64,000 bases of DNA from Bdellovibrionales bacterium (GCA_023299885.1 JALZUS010000002.1:4735-68734); one strand, 5' to 3'. Shown: positions 38,839-49,266, counted from the first letter of the stretch. A program made the numbers and translations. Notes: generated from the sequence alone by a model not told the origin.

Positions 38839-39756
38839 ATGAAGGGCCTCGTTAATCGTTTACTGGCTTTAATCCCTGTGCTTATTGGCGTAGGCACCAT
38901 GACTTTTTTAATTATACATTTAGTGCCTGGCGACCCCACCGACTTAATATTGGGCGACCAAGCTTCAGTGATTGAAAAAGAACAGCTTAAACAACAACTA
39001 GGGTTAGACAAACCACTACTTACACAGTTTTCAACTTTTTGGACCAATACCTTAAGCGGTGACCTTGGGCAGTCTGTTTACAGCAGAAAACCAGTAGCAC
39101 AATTAATCATGTCTAGGATTCCAGCTACACTAGAGCTCACACTTGGCGCTATGTTAATGGCACTTCTTATAGGCATACCAATAGGAGTTATCTCTTCGAT
39201 CAAACCTTTTGGTTTTGTCGACCTAACAAGCTCTATAACATCAATACTTGGCATTTCTTTGCCTGGGATTTTTTTAGGCCCTGTATTAATTTATTTTTTC
39301 TCTATAAGGAATCCAATCTTCCCAGTAAGCGGGCGCGGCGACTTAAGCTATTTATTCCTACCCGCACTCAGCCTTGCTATACCCCTTAGCGCTATTTTAG
39401 TCCGCATGACCAGAGCTTCAATGCTTGAGGTCATAAAAGAAGATTTTATTAAAGTGGCTCGCTCTAAGGGCTTAAGCAAAAAAACAATTTTCTTTAAACA
39501 CGCATTAAGAAATGCACTTATCCCAGTTATTACTATCGTAGGCCTGCAAGTGGGCACACTACTTACTGGCACAGTTATTACCGAAACTATTTTTGATTGG
39601 CCCGGACTAGGTACATTACTTATTGATGCCATTAAACAAAGAGACTACCCCATTGTACAAGGCTGCATTTTACTTATTGCTGTTATTTATGTTGGGGTTA
39701 ACTTTATCACTGACATACTTTACCAATGGGCCGACCCTAAAATGAGGGCTTCATGA
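38839..39756 (+). CDS. ABC peptide/nickel-type permease, DppB/OppB-like
   Basis: 305-aa ORF with the typical N-terminus LIPVLIGVGTMTFLIIHLVPGDPTDLILG and the EAA-loop region ARSKGLSKKTIFFKHALRNALIPVIT. Confidence 0.88.
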   Translation: MKGLVNRLLALIPVLIGVGTMTFLIIHLVPGDPTDLILGDQASVIEKEQLKQQLGLDKPLLTQFSTFWTNTLSGDLGQSVYSRKPVAQLIMSRIPATLELTLGAMLMALLIGIPIGVISSIKPFGFVDLTSSITSILGISLPGIFLGPVLIYFFSIRNPIFPVSGRGDLSYLFLPALSLAIPLSAILVRMTRASMLEVIKEDFIKVARSKGLSKKTIFFKHALRNALIPVITIVGLQVGTLLTGTVITETIFDWPGLGTLLIDAIKQRDYPIVQGCILLIAVIYVGVNFITDILYQWADPKMRAS

Positions 39757-40568
39757 GTAAAAAGTATTTTTATTTCATTTACGCAGGCCTATTTGGCATA
39801 GCATTGGTTTTATTTATAGGCTTTGCTCTGCCTTTATTTTTTGATTTTGACCCTAATCAAATGAACTTAGAAGAACAACTCAAAGGCCCTAGCGCCAAGC
39901 ATATAATGGGCCAAGATGAAAACGGCAGTGATGTCTTAGCTAAAGTTTCTATAGGGGCCAGGGTCAGCTTATCCGTTGCCCTCTTTACTGTTATTTTTAG
40001 CGCTTTTATTGGCCTTATTATTGGTAGCTTATCGGGGTTTTTTGGCGGCAAAGTCGATCAAATTATTATGCGTTTTATTGATATGGTCCAAGCTTTCCCT
40101 AATTTTTTATTAGCGCTTGCATTGGTTGCTGCACTTGGCCCTTCTATAAAAAATTTAATTTTAGCCATGGTCCTTACTGGATGGTCTGGATTTGCAAGGC
40201 TTGTCAGAGGTGAGGTCCTATACATTAAAGAAAAAGAATTTGTTCAAGGCGCTAGAGCACTAGGTGCTGGCAACTTTAGGCAAATCACTAAATACATTTG
40301 GCCTAACCTTTATGGCACACTCAGCGTACAAGCCACCTTTGCTATGGCCGGCGCCATCATCACTGAGTCTGGGCTTAGCTTTTTAGGTTTAGGCGCTCCA
40401 CCCACAACACCCACATGGGGCGCACTCCTTAATAGTGGCCGCCGCTTTTTAGAAGAGGCTCCACATTTAAGTTTATTTCCAGGGCTTGCTATCATTATTT
40501 TTATATTAGGCTTTAACTTATTGGGTGATGGCCTTAGAGCTTACCTAGACCCTAAATCAGCCAGCTAG
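39753..40568 (+). CDS. ABC peptide/nickel-type permease, DppC/OppC-like
   Basis: 271-aa ORF with HIMGQDENGSDVLAKV near the N-terminus and the EAA region GARALGAGNFRQITKYIWPN. It overlaps the previous gene by 4 nt. Confidence 0.88.
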   Translation: MSKKYFYFIYAGLFGIALVLFIGFALPLFFDFDPNQMNLEEQLKGPSAKHIMGQDENGSDVLAKVSIGARVSLSVALFTVIFSAFIGLIIGSLSGFFGGKVDQIIMRFIDMVQAFPNFLLALALVAALGPSIKNLILAMVLTGWSGFARLVRGEVLYIKEKEFVQGARALGAGNFRQITKYIWPNLYGTLSVQATFAMAGAIITESGLSFLGLGAPPTTPTWGALLNSGRRFLEEAPHLSLFPGLAIIIFILGFNLLGDGLRAYLDPKSAS

Positions 40569-40600
40569 GCGAGCGCCACCTTTCATGGCAAAATATTTTC

Positions 40601-41569
40601 ATGGATATAGGTCAGTTATTTATTATAGGTATTAGTGGGAAAACGCTTACAGAAAACGAAGCACAATTTATTACAGAAAATAATATTGGTGGTATCGTTT
40701 TATTTGGACGAAATCTTGAATCTCCAGACCAATTAAAAAAACTAACAAGCCAGCTCAATAGTCTAGCCTTAGACCACCCTCTTTTTATCAGTATCGACAT
40801 GGAAGGTGGGCGCGTAAACAGACTTAAAAGCCCCTTTAAACTATGGCCCTCTGCCCTTGAAATTGCACAAACCAAAACAACCAGTGAAGCTTTTGATCTG
40901 GCTTTTGAAATGGGTGATCAACTTTTAGATTTAGGCATTAATTTAAACTTCTCTCCATGCGTAGATATTTTAACTAATCCAAAAAACGAAGTTATTGGCA
41001 ACCGAGCTTTTGGCACAGAGCCAGAAACAGTTTCTAAATATGCTTCTGCAACAGCGCGAGGCCTAATTAAAGCCGGGGTTCTCCCTTGCTTAAAACACTT
41101 TCCAGGCCATGGAAACACCTTGCTTGATTCGCACGAAGCCCTACCGATCGAGGAAACATCTTTAGATGTATTAGAAGAAAGAGAGTTTCTAGCTTTTAAA
41201 AAAACGATCCGTTCTAAGGCACCCCTTGTAATGACCTCACATATTGTATTTAAAGAAATCGACTCTGAACCGGTCACGCTAAGTCCTGTTATGATTAGTA
41301 AATTAAAAAATGAGATGAGGTTTTCTGGGCTAGTAATTACCGATGATTTAGGAATGAAAGCCATTTCCAACAATTACAGCATAAAAGAAGTCCCCGTAAA
41401 AGCACTCAATGCTGGCTGTGATATTTTACTTTACTGTAATGATTTAGAGGCGCAGCCCGTAGCACTAAAAGCAACAAGGCAAGCTTTTGAAGATGGAAAC
41501 TTAGATACAGAAAAAATTAAATTATCTATACAAAAAGTGATCGATATTAAACTTAAATACTTAAACTAA
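40601..41569 (+). CDS. nagZ: Beta-N-acetylhexosaminidase (GH3), NagZ-like
   Basis: 322-aa ORF with GH3 motifs DMEGGRVNRL, KHFPGHGNTLLDSH and VITDDLGMKA. Confidence 0.88.
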   Translation: MDIGQLFIIGISGKTLTENEAQFITENNIGGIVLFGRNLESPDQLKKLTSQLNSLALDHPLFISIDMEGGRVNRLKSPFKLWPSALEIAQTKTTSEAFDLAFEMGDQLLDLGINLNFSPCVDILTNPKNEVIGNRAFGTEPETVSKYASATARGLIKAGVLPCLKHFPGHGNTLLDSHEALPIEETSLDVLEEREFLAFKKTIRSKAPLVMTSHIVFKEIDSEPVTLSPVMISKLKNEMRFSGLVITDDLGMKAISNNYSIKEVPVKALNAGCDILLYCNDLEAQPVALKATRQAFEDGNLDTEKIKLSIQKVIDIKLKYLN

Positions 41570-41575
41570 AATAAC

Positions 41576-42178
41576 TTAATTTAAAGCTTTGAAATCTAAA
41601 CTAGATGACCCTAGCGTACCAGTAATAATTAGGCGGCTATCTGATTTTTCTACTTCTGACATAGGCACTCTAAACTCAATAATATAAGGTTTTGAAAACC
41701 TATTATGGTGATAGTAAAGACTATTCACTACAGCAAAAGGACCTGTTACTTTTTTAACTGTCCCCTCATAGCGTTTGCCACCTGTCTCCAAGTAAAACTG
41801 CCAGAGCTCGCTTGTGTTTAAACGAGTATGCTCTTCTATTGGAGCATAAAAACTTAAAAAGATTTCTGATTTAGTAGAAAGCTCTTCCAATACCTCTTTA
41901 TCCATTTTTCTTACTTTTTCTAATGGAGTCTGCAAGGCATGAGATTTTCTTTGAAGCATTGCTTTTTTAACTTCTGAATTTAGTAAAGTCGATGAAACTA
42001 TATAGTTATTATCTAAAAACTGATATTTTTTATCTTCTAATGTATGAGTTTTAATTAAGCGGTTATAAGACTTTGTACTCATTGCTGGGTACTCACTTTG
42101 CAATACTGGGCTCACAGGATGAGACGTACAAGAAAAAGTAACTAAAGCGACCAATACTATTAAAATGGACTTAATCAT
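41576..42178 (-). CDS. Probable lipoprotein, unknown function
   Basis: 200-aa ORF with a signal peptide and a Cys at LVALVTFSC (atypical lipobox). Its start overlaps the upstream hydrolase stop (TAATG). Confidence 0.55.
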   Translation of the reverse strand: MIKSILIVLVALVTFSCTSHPVSPVLQSEYPAMSTKSYNRLIKTHTLEDKKYQFLDNNYIVSSTLLNSEVKKAMLQRKSHALQTPLEKVRKMDKEVLEELSTKSEIFLSFYAPIEEHTRLNTSELWQFYLETGGKRYEGTVKKVTGPFAVVNSLYYHHNRFSKPYIIEFRVPMSEVEKSDSRLIITGTLGSSSLDFKALN

Positions 42179-43017
42179 TATGCTTTCCTTTCAAAACGGC
42201 TAACAAAGTTGATGAGATCCTTTAGAGGATACTCCTTATCAATATCATTATATATTTCATGATAGCTATCATTATAAACTTTAAGCTCTTTTGTTGAAGA
42301 GCTTATTTTTTCAAAGAAATCTATACTTTTATTAGAATCTACAATTTTATCTTCTCCAGCAACTTGAAGCTGAAAAGGAATACTAAAATCAGAGGCTAAA
42401 TCATTCACATAGTACAAGCTTTCTAATATACCCATAAATAAATTAGGAGAAATTTTATCATGCCTTAAAGGGTCAGCCCCATAAGTTTCTAAGAAGTCTT
42501 CATCTCGAGTTAAGTCCCTGCACCTTACTTCATTCCATAATGTTATTTTTGGAGCCCACTTAGAGGCCAACTCTGCAACCTTTAATTTCCAAGCCGGAGC
42601 TTCTATAGCTAAGCCAATTAATGGAGAGCTTAAATTTACAGCGGCAATACCCTCAATTTTATGAGTCAGCAATGTTTTTAGTAAAACAAGGCCACCCAAA
42701 GAGTGCGCAAATAAAACAAGCGGTTCAGATTTTGTTTTAAAATGATTAATAATAGTTACAAAATCATTTTCATAAGTTTCAAAACTATCAATATAACCTC
42801 GTTTGCCTTCAGACTTTCCATGCCCAGGAAGGTCCCACGCAGAAACATTCCATCCCTTGTTATTCAATAACGAAATAACTTCAGGATAGCAGTCTGAATG
42901 CTCACCCATACCATGAGTGATTAAGACGCGGCCTTTAGCCTCTTCTACATTCCAAGATTGAGTAAATAACTCATTATTTTTACTGCCGTAAAGGTAAGTT
43001 TCAGTGATTTCTGCCAT
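42178..43017 (-). CDS. Alpha/beta hydrolase (lysophospholipase / monoacylglycerol-lipase-like)
   Basis: 279-aa ORF with oxyanion region LITHGMGEHS, nucleophile elbow AHSLGG and a C-terminal His in DSYHEI. Confidence 0.8.
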   Translation of the reverse strand: MAEITETYLYGSKNNELFTQSWNVEEAKGRVLITHGMGEHSDCYPEVISLLNNKGWNVSAWDLPGHGKSEGKRGYIDSFETYENDFVTIINHFKTKSEPLVLFAHSLGGLVLLKTLLTHKIEGIAAVNLSSPLIGLAIEAPAWKLKVAELASKWAPKITLWNEVRCRDLTRDEDFLETYGADPLRHDKISPNLFMGILESLYYVNDLASDFSIPFQLQVAGEDKIVDSNKSIDFFEKISSSTKELKVYNDSYHEIYNDIDKEYPLKDLINFVSRFERKA

Positions 43018-43060
43018 ACAGCTATTAAAGACAAGCTTGGATCTTAGGTCAACGCATTAT

Positions 43061-46039
43061 TTATGAGCCCTCTAAAGCCAAATAAGCTTTAGAACTCTCA
43101 AACGCTTTTAGGTCAAAATCATTAATATAAATTTCATTAGATACTGGGTAAATTAAACACTGTTTAATAGGCATGCCCACTTTATGAAGACTAAGAGCCC
43201 AAGAGTAAATATCAAGCTGCTTAAAAGAGTTATTTCTATAACGACTACTTCCCGTTTTATAATCAACTAACCATATCTGATTACCTACCTCAGCCCAAAG
43301 GTCAATTTGACCCTCGAGGGTGCCATTAGCAATTTTTACTTGAAAGCCCCACTCTACATAGCCACTTTCAATAATTTGATGAAAAGGGATTTTTTTATTA
43401 GTTACTATATTTTCCCAGTATTTTTCATATGCAGTATCTATGTGCTCAGGGTGGTGTTTCTTAATTTCAAAATACTTATGGATTTTTTGCCCTAAAACTG
43501 ATGACTTTACTAATTCTATTTTTTCTCTAATTTCTTGCTGACTCTCATTATCCTCTTTAACCGAGCTCAATACTTCACTTACAGAAAACTTATTCAAAGC
43601 GTCTAAGGACTTATAAGGACTTCGCACTTCTAAGCCTTTAGAACTCTTTTCTTCTATAGGCGACATTAGCACTTCATCGTCTATTACTTCTATTTTTTCA
43701 AATAGAAAATCATCAGTACTTTCAATGCTATCTATTTTAAAAGTTTCTAGCCATGAGTTCTTTTTTGATGAGCCACCAACAATACATAAATTATCTTCAG
43801 CGCGAGTCACAGCTACATAAAAAAGCCTATCATGCTCAGCAAGCTCTCTTTTTGAAAACTCTTTCCATTTTAGCTCATCAAGCAAACTGTAAGTGGCACT
43901 GCCATCTTCATCTTTAAATGAGCATGACCACTTACCATTCATAACCCTTAATGGTGCTTTTTTAGCTGATGATTGTGTGACCTGAGGGCTTTGACCACAA
44001 CCCATAACTATAACATTTTTATACTGCAAACCTTTTGAGGCATGCACAGTAAGTAAATTAACTCCAGAATTATCTAACGGGGCCGGAGCCTCAACATCAG
44101 AAGCTGATAAATTCTCAGTTAAAGAACTTGCGTTTTGATAAAGCTTAAGCGGATTAAACCCTGGCGCCCTTTGTTCTGTTCGTACTTTATCTAAAAGTTT
44201 CCAAAGGTTAGCTTCAATGACGCCACTTTTGTCTTTTTCATAGGCCCTATCAAAATAGCCCATTGTTTTAAATATTTCTTTTAATAAGTAATATAATGAT
44301 TCCTTCTTAACCCTTTGCAAGTAGGCTATTAAAACGCCTATGACCTCAGGCTTACTTTCAAGCTCTACCCACTGAGACCAATAACTCTTATCTTTTTCAA
44401 AACTCTTAACAGATTGATAAATTTCATTATCAGAAATCCAAAAATAAGGTGACCGTAAAAGCAGTATCAAATTTTTATTATCATGAGGGTTTAATAAAAA
44501 CTTTAATAAAGCTTCTGCATCCAGAATTTCACGCTTTCTACTGTAGCGACCCACCGATAAATGGTTAAAAGGAATACTATGCTTGCTGAACTCTGATGCA
44601 ACCAACACCAAGTCTGACTTTTTCCTAGATAAAATAGCAATATCAGAATAAGACTGGCCTTCACTGATCCATTTTTGAACCTGCCTACAGATAGCCAACG
44701 GCTCTTCATCTTTTTCGACACAATAATAAGGTATTGTTTTATCCGACAAATCTCCACGCACAGAATCCATTGATAAGAATTTTCTTTTTTCAAAAACATA
44801 ATTAATAAAGCTTAATATATATTTTTGCGACCTATAGTTATTTTGCATATAGGTTACATCATCAAAGTTTTTTTCTTTATTCGTAAAAACTTCCGAACGA
44901 GCACCCCTAAATAAATAAATACTCTGCTGAGGGTCGCCAACAACATAACTTGGCGATGATCCCATAATTAAATCTAATATATTTAATTGCAAAGGGCTTG
45001 TATCTTGGAACTCATCTACAAACCAATAATCAAATTGGCTTGCATAATCGGCAGCAATCTCAGGCTCAGACTGAAGAAGCCTTAATGTTTGAAGCTCTAA
45101 GTCCTCTATTTCCATCAGGCCACTGCTTTTTTTATGCTGCAACCATTTCTGATAAACCTCTACAAAATAAGATTGAAGGTTTAATAGTATTTCTTCTCTT
45201 TCTTCCCAAAACATTAAGTCACATAATTTTGAGGACATTTCTTTTTTAAAACTCGCACTTAAATCTTTTAAACTATCACTTAAATCAGCCTCTATATTTT
45301 TGGTTTTTACGGGCTTTTTACCTAAGCTTAAAAACAAATCCAACAAATCAGTAGAGCTCATTTTGATAATATCACGATTAAAAAGTTTAACTAGTTTTTC
45401 GCCATAAATTTGCCATTTTTCAGAAGGCTGGTTGCAACAGGCATCACCCATCTCTAAAAAACACAACTTATAATAGTTAATTTTAGAATAATAGAGGCCT
45501 TCTAAAGTTTCATTATCTATAGGAGCTAGTTTATTGTCTTCTGAGTACTCTGAGTAAAAAACTTTAAACAAATCAATAACTTCAGAAAAACTAAAAAAGC
45601 TTAAAAGGCTTTGATGAGTATCTTCAAAAATACTTTCTCTAATAATTAATCGAAGATGCGCGCTAGCTTCATTTTCTCCAATCACTTTAAAACTGGGGTC
45701 TATCCCAAACAAAGCGGCCTTAGATCTCAAAAAACCAGAAAAAATCCCATGCAAAGTAGAAACTTTTAAAAAAGAAGAGCTTGAAACAAAATCCAAAAGC
45801 TCTGGAGCCTCTTCTTGCGCAAGTAAAACCAATCGCTCCCTAAGCTCTTGGGTAGCTTTTACAGTAAAAGTAGACACCACAAAATGAGGCCATCGGCCCT
45901 CTGTCTCTTTAAAGAGTTTTGCCTTAGCTAATACCGACCGCGTAAGGCTATAGGTTTTCCCAGCACCCGCACCAGCTCTAACAAATTGGTTTTTTAAGTC
46001 TTTATTTATAGGTGACTGGCTCGACATGCTGACCTCCAC
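43061..46039 (-). CDS. addA: UvrD-family helicase / PD-(D/E)XK nuclease, AddA-like
   Basis: 992-aa ORF with Walker A GAGAGKTYSL, motif II VDEFQDTSPLQ, motif III GDPQQSIYLFRGA and C-terminal RecB-type nuclease motif GQIDLW...WLVDYKTG. The start may be the ATG at 46027 (MSSQSP). Confidence 0.85.
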   Translation of the reverse strand: MEVSMSSQSPINKDLKNQFVRAGAGAGKTYSLTRSVLAKAKLFKETEGRWPHFVVSTFTVKATQELRERLVLLAQEEAPELLDFVSSSSFLKVSTLHGIFSGFLRSKAALFGIDPSFKVIGENEASAHLRLIIRESIFEDTHQSLLSFFSFSEVIDLFKVFYSEYSEDNKLAPIDNETLEGLYYSKINYYKLCFLEMGDACCNQPSEKWQIYGEKLVKLFNRDIIKMSSTDLLDLFLSLGKKPVKTKNIEADLSDSLKDLSASFKKEMSSKLCDLMFWEEREEILLNLQSYFVEVYQKWLQHKKSSGLMEIEDLELQTLRLLQSEPEIAADYASQFDYWFVDEFQDTSPLQLNILDLIMGSSPSYVVGDPQQSIYLFRGARSEVFTNKEKNFDDVTYMQNNYRSQKYILSFINYVFEKRKFLSMDSVRGDLSDKTIPYYCVEKDEEPLAICRQVQKWISEGQSYSDIAILSRKKSDLVLVASEFSKHSIPFNHLSVGRYSRKREILDAEALLKFLLNPHDNKNLILLLRSPYFWISDNEIYQSVKSFEKDKSYWSQWVELESKPEVIGVLIAYLQRVKKESLYYLLKEIFKTMGYFDRAYEKDKSGVIEANLWKLLDKVRTEQRAPGFNPLKLYQNASSLTENLSASDVEAPAPLDNSGVNLLTVHASKGLQYKNVIVMGCGQSPQVTQSSAKKAPLRVMNGKWSCSFKDEDGSATYSLLDELKWKEFSKRELAEHDRLFYVAVTRAEDNLCIVGGSSKKNSWLETFKIDSIESTDDFLFEKIEVIDDEVLMSPIEEKSSKGLEVRSPYKSLDALNKFSVSEVLSSVKEDNESQQEIREKIELVKSSVLGQKIHKYFEIKKHHPEHIDTAYEKYWENIVTNKKIPFHQIIESGYVEWGFQVKIANGTLEGQIDLWAEVGNQIWLVDYKTGSSRYRNNSFKQLDIYSWALSLHKVGMPIKQCLIYPVSNEIYINDFDLKAFESSKAYLALEGS

Positions 46040-48657
46040 GCGCAGGGCTCACATATTTTTTTATCTAGTGGGTCAGGACCAAATTGACCCTGAGTTATTT
46101 TTAATACAATTTCTGATAAAACCTCTGATACCTCAGGCCAAAAAGTATTTTCCCATGATTCTTCAGACATTTTATTAGAGCGCGATATATTAAAAGCAGG
46201 CTCATTACCTTCTATAACCAACCCTTTGTTATTTTTAAAATCCTTAGCTACATAATAAAGCGCACCAGCAAATGCAGCATACTGCCTCTCTGACAATCCT
46301 TTTTGAATCGCTCTAGAGTATAAAGCTAATTGTAACTTATTGTTTTTAATCCATGAGCCATAGTTAGTTAAACCAGAGGCTGTTGATTTATAATCTATGA
46401 CCATAAATTTATTACTCTCATTAGTGTCTACTCTATCTGCGCGACCATAAAATTTAAAATCTTTTGAGCTACCAGAAGATTTAAAATCTTTTTCATCTTG
46501 TGACCAATAACCAATAATATCCAGCTCTATAGCATTCGTTTTGCGGCCAGGACTCTCTTCAAGCAATAATGTCTCTGCAGCAATAAACTTTTTTGCAACA
46601 GAAATATAGTTTTCTAGTAAGTTCTTTTTTTGTCGCGGCTCAAAAACAAATAGTTTTTCAATTAAGCCAGACACTATTACTTCAATTTTTTTATCTGAGG
46701 ACTGTAAGTTAAGTTTATCCTGAATAATTTTTTCAAATAGTTCATGTACAAAAAGCCCACTTGTCATCCTATCAACATCAATATCCAAGTCCGGCAAATC
46801 CGTAAGCTTAAATAATTTTTTAGCCATAAAAATATATGGGCAGTTCTTGTAGTTTTCTATTTGAGTCGCCGACAACCTGACTTCTGAAGGTTTAATATTG
46901 AGTGGTGCTAAATCCTTTGGTTGATCTGCATAACTTAGCTGCTGCTCACACCATCTTGTTTTTCCTGGCGAAACAAACAGTGCCGACTTTACATGAGTTA
47001 ACTCTATTAAGCTCGGCATCAACGGCTCACTATCAAAGTTTTTTTCAGAACGCAGCGCTGTTATTTGCTTATTTTTTGAAGTGAGTAACCATTCAATCTC
47101 AAACAACTCCATTGAGTGCTCTGGCAAATTAATCACTATCCCTAAGTCACTATAAATTTTAAAAACATCAGAATAAGAAATTAAACAGTTATGACTCTTT
47201 TGAACCTGATTTTCTGTTAACCCTAAAATAAATATGTTTTTTGACAGCACATACTTAGATGCCAAGAAGTTATCAATCGAAACTCCTCCTATATTAGCTT
47301 TAGCTACAACAACCTCAATACTTGTTATTAAATTCTCTAAATAATAAAGCCATTCTGAAGCTTTCATTTTAAAATGAATATCAAAGTCACTAATAATAGT
47401 TTGTACAATAAGCTCTATATGTGAAGAATAAGATTCGCTACAAGACTCTAATATAACTTCTATAATTTCTGATGTTTGAAAAAATAAATTTTTCTCTTTT
47501 CTAGTTATAAAATCAGAAACTTTTTTATTTTTATGAAAATCCGAGTCATCATAATAATTAGTGTATAGCCTCTGAAACTCCGAAACAGGAAGCTCTAAAG
47601 TCTCTTCCCCACCATAGCAGTTTAATTCTATGTCCTCTTTATCTTCTTTGTAGAAAAAGAGCCTGAGTTTAGACATAATATAACTAATATTACCATAAGA
47701 GCTTAAAGGCGACATCACAGGCTTAGATACAGGTACACCCTCTTTTTCTAAATAGTCGCTTAATAAAGGCCAATAAAATTCTAGGTCTGAGCAGAGTATA
47801 GAAATATCAGAAGGCTCAGCCCCTGCATCTAAAAGTACACGTATTTCTGAAACTATATGTTTTACTTCACCTACTTGTGACGAGAAAAGAAGAAAATTAT
47901 TTTTTATTGGCTCTTTATCACTACTCTTAATTTCAGTATTTGTATCTGTAGACTCAATTAACTTATGATGAGGCCACAATAAAGTCTCATAATTAATTTT
48001 TGAGTTTAAGTTAGGGATTAAAACTTTGATATTATTATTATCTTTTATACGTAATAATATATCAGCCTCAACTCCTTTTAATTGCGATCCTAAAACAAAA
48101 ATAATTTCTTCATACAGAGTTTCTTCGTGTACAGAAGCATCAATAATTCCTGAAGCCCAATGTGATAAGATAATTTTTTTCTTTAAAGCAACTTCATTCC
48201 AAAAAGCTTTAGCCATAAAAAACCATAAACCCCAATCAGCAATAGATTGAGTGTTGGCATAAAGCCATTCAGAAAATAAAGTTTCACTTTTTTGCTCATA
48301 AATAATTAAACTTAAATAATTATCTATGAAGTCTACTAAGTACTTAGAAGACCCAGGCTTAGTTGACCAGTCCTTATGATTTTCAAAAAGCCACTTTTGT
48401 GCCTCTAGTTGAATACGTGTACGACTTACTAATTTATACCCAAAAGATTGTGAGTTAAAAATTTCAAGCCAATACTCATTAGCTCTCATAATTTTATTTT
48501 CAGGAAGAATTTTATTTTGTTTATGTAAAACTTTTTTAAAAGCCTCTTTTGTTTTTAAATCAGGGACAATCCAACGCGCAGAACTCTGCTTAGATAAATT
48601 TTCCTCTATCCATTGCATTTCTGATTGATAATTTTCAAAGCTTATAGTTTCTAACAT
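46006..48657 (-). CDS. addB: AddB-like nuclease subunit with Fe-S cluster (iron-staple) nuclease domain
   Basis: 883-aa ORF. The C-terminal nuclease motif is GRADRVD...FMVIDYKS. The four-Cys pattern is NCPYIF ... CEPCAWRSAC (C...CxxCx5C). I could find no P-loop. The 3' end overlaps addA. Confidence 0.8.
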   Translation of the reverse strand: MLETISFENYQSEMQWIEENLSKQSSARWIVPDLKTKEAFKKVLHKQNKILPENKIMRANEYWLEIFNSQSFGYKLVSRTRIQLEAQKWLFENHKDWSTKPGSSKYLVDFIDNYLSLIIYEQKSETLFSEWLYANTQSIADWGLWFFMAKAFWNEVALKKKIILSHWASGIIDASVHEETLYEEIIFVLGSQLKGVEADILLRIKDNNNIKVLIPNLNSKINYETLLWPHHKLIESTDTNTEIKSSDKEPIKNNFLLFSSQVGEVKHIVSEIRVLLDAGAEPSDISILCSDLEFYWPLLSDYLEKEGVPVSKPVMSPLSSYGNISYIMSKLRLFFYKEDKEDIELNCYGGEETLELPVSEFQRLYTNYYDDSDFHKNKKVSDFITRKEKNLFFQTSEIIEVILESCSESYSSHIELIVQTIISDFDIHFKMKASEWLYYLENLITSIEVVVAKANIGGVSIDNFLASKYVLSKNIFILGLTENQVQKSHNCLISYSDVFKIYSDLGIVINLPEHSMELFEIEWLLTSKNKQITALRSEKNFDSEPLMPSLIELTHVKSALFVSPGKTRWCEQQLSYADQPKDLAPLNIKPSEVRLSATQIENYKNCPYIFMAKKLFKLTDLPDLDIDVDRMTSGLFVHELFEKIIQDKLNLQSSDKKIEVIVSGLIEKLFVFEPRQKKNLLENYISVAKKFIAAETLLLEESPGRKTNAIELDIIGYWSQDEKDFKSSGSSKDFKFYGRADRVDTNESNKFMVIDYKSTASGLTNYGSWIKNNKLQLALYSRAIQKGLSERQYAAFAGALYYVAKDFKNNKGLVIEGNEPAFNISRSNKMSEESWENTFWPEVSEVLSEIVLKITQGQFGPDPLDKKICEPCAWRSACRASHL

Positions 48658-48663
48658 TAAAAC

Positions 48664-49266
48664 CTACAATACTAAAAAAGACATAATATTAGATGCCTCT
48701 TCTTTTAAGTCCTCTAAGCTGCCATTATTCCAAATAGTAAAATCAGCCTGCTCTATTTTTTTTTGTAAAGGCAGCTGTGTTTTTATTTTTTTAATAGCTT
48801 CTTCTTTGTTGATGCCATCTCTTTCACAAAGACGCTCTATTTGTATTTCATTGTCACAAGCAACAACTATTACGCCTTTAAATAAATCTTGCATTTGCGC
48901 CTCATAAAGCAAAGGAACATCATAAAAAATAGGGAAATGGCCATCGGCCTCAGCTTTTGATAATTTTAATAAAGATAATTTCCTCACCTCTGGATGAGTT
49001 ATTTCCTCTAACTTTTTTCTCTGATTTTTATCTGAAAAGATAATCTGGCCTAAAGCCTTACGATTAATTTGACCATCAGAATTAATTATTTCATTACCAA
49101 AATGTTTAACAATCTTTAAGTAAGCTGGACTTTCGGGCTGAACAACATCCTTAGCAATCTTATCGGCATCAATAATGAAGGCACCCATATCTGACAAAAG
49201 CCTTGCTACTGTACTTTTACCAGTAGCAATTCCACCTGTTAAACCAAACCATGTTTTTTCTGCCAT
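48664..49266 (-). CDS. coaE: Dephospho-CoA kinase
   Basis: The ORF track extends to 49347. I prefer the ATG at 49266 (MAEKTWFGLTGGIATGKSTV) because it gives the normal CoaE N-terminus and removes the overlap with the divergent kinase gene. Confidence 0.88.
   Translation of the reverse strand: MAEKTWFGLTGGIATGKSTVARLLSDMGAFIIDADKIAKDVVQPESPAYLKIVKHFGNEIINSDGQINRKALGQIIFSDKNQRKKLEEITHPEVRKLSLLKLSKAEADGHFPIFYDVPLLYEAQMQDLFKGVIVVACDNEIQIERLCERDGINKEEAIKKIKTQLPLQKKIEQADFTIWNNGSLEDLKEEASNIMSFLVL

Noticed and set aside
40918-41373. 151-aa minus-strand ORF opposite nagZ; similar cases at 54949..55335 opposite recN, 5998..6360 opposite MscS, 38700..39047, 52522..52863 and 3511..4400
   Set aside because: All are embedded antisense in CDSs with strong family motifs. 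They have no independent support.
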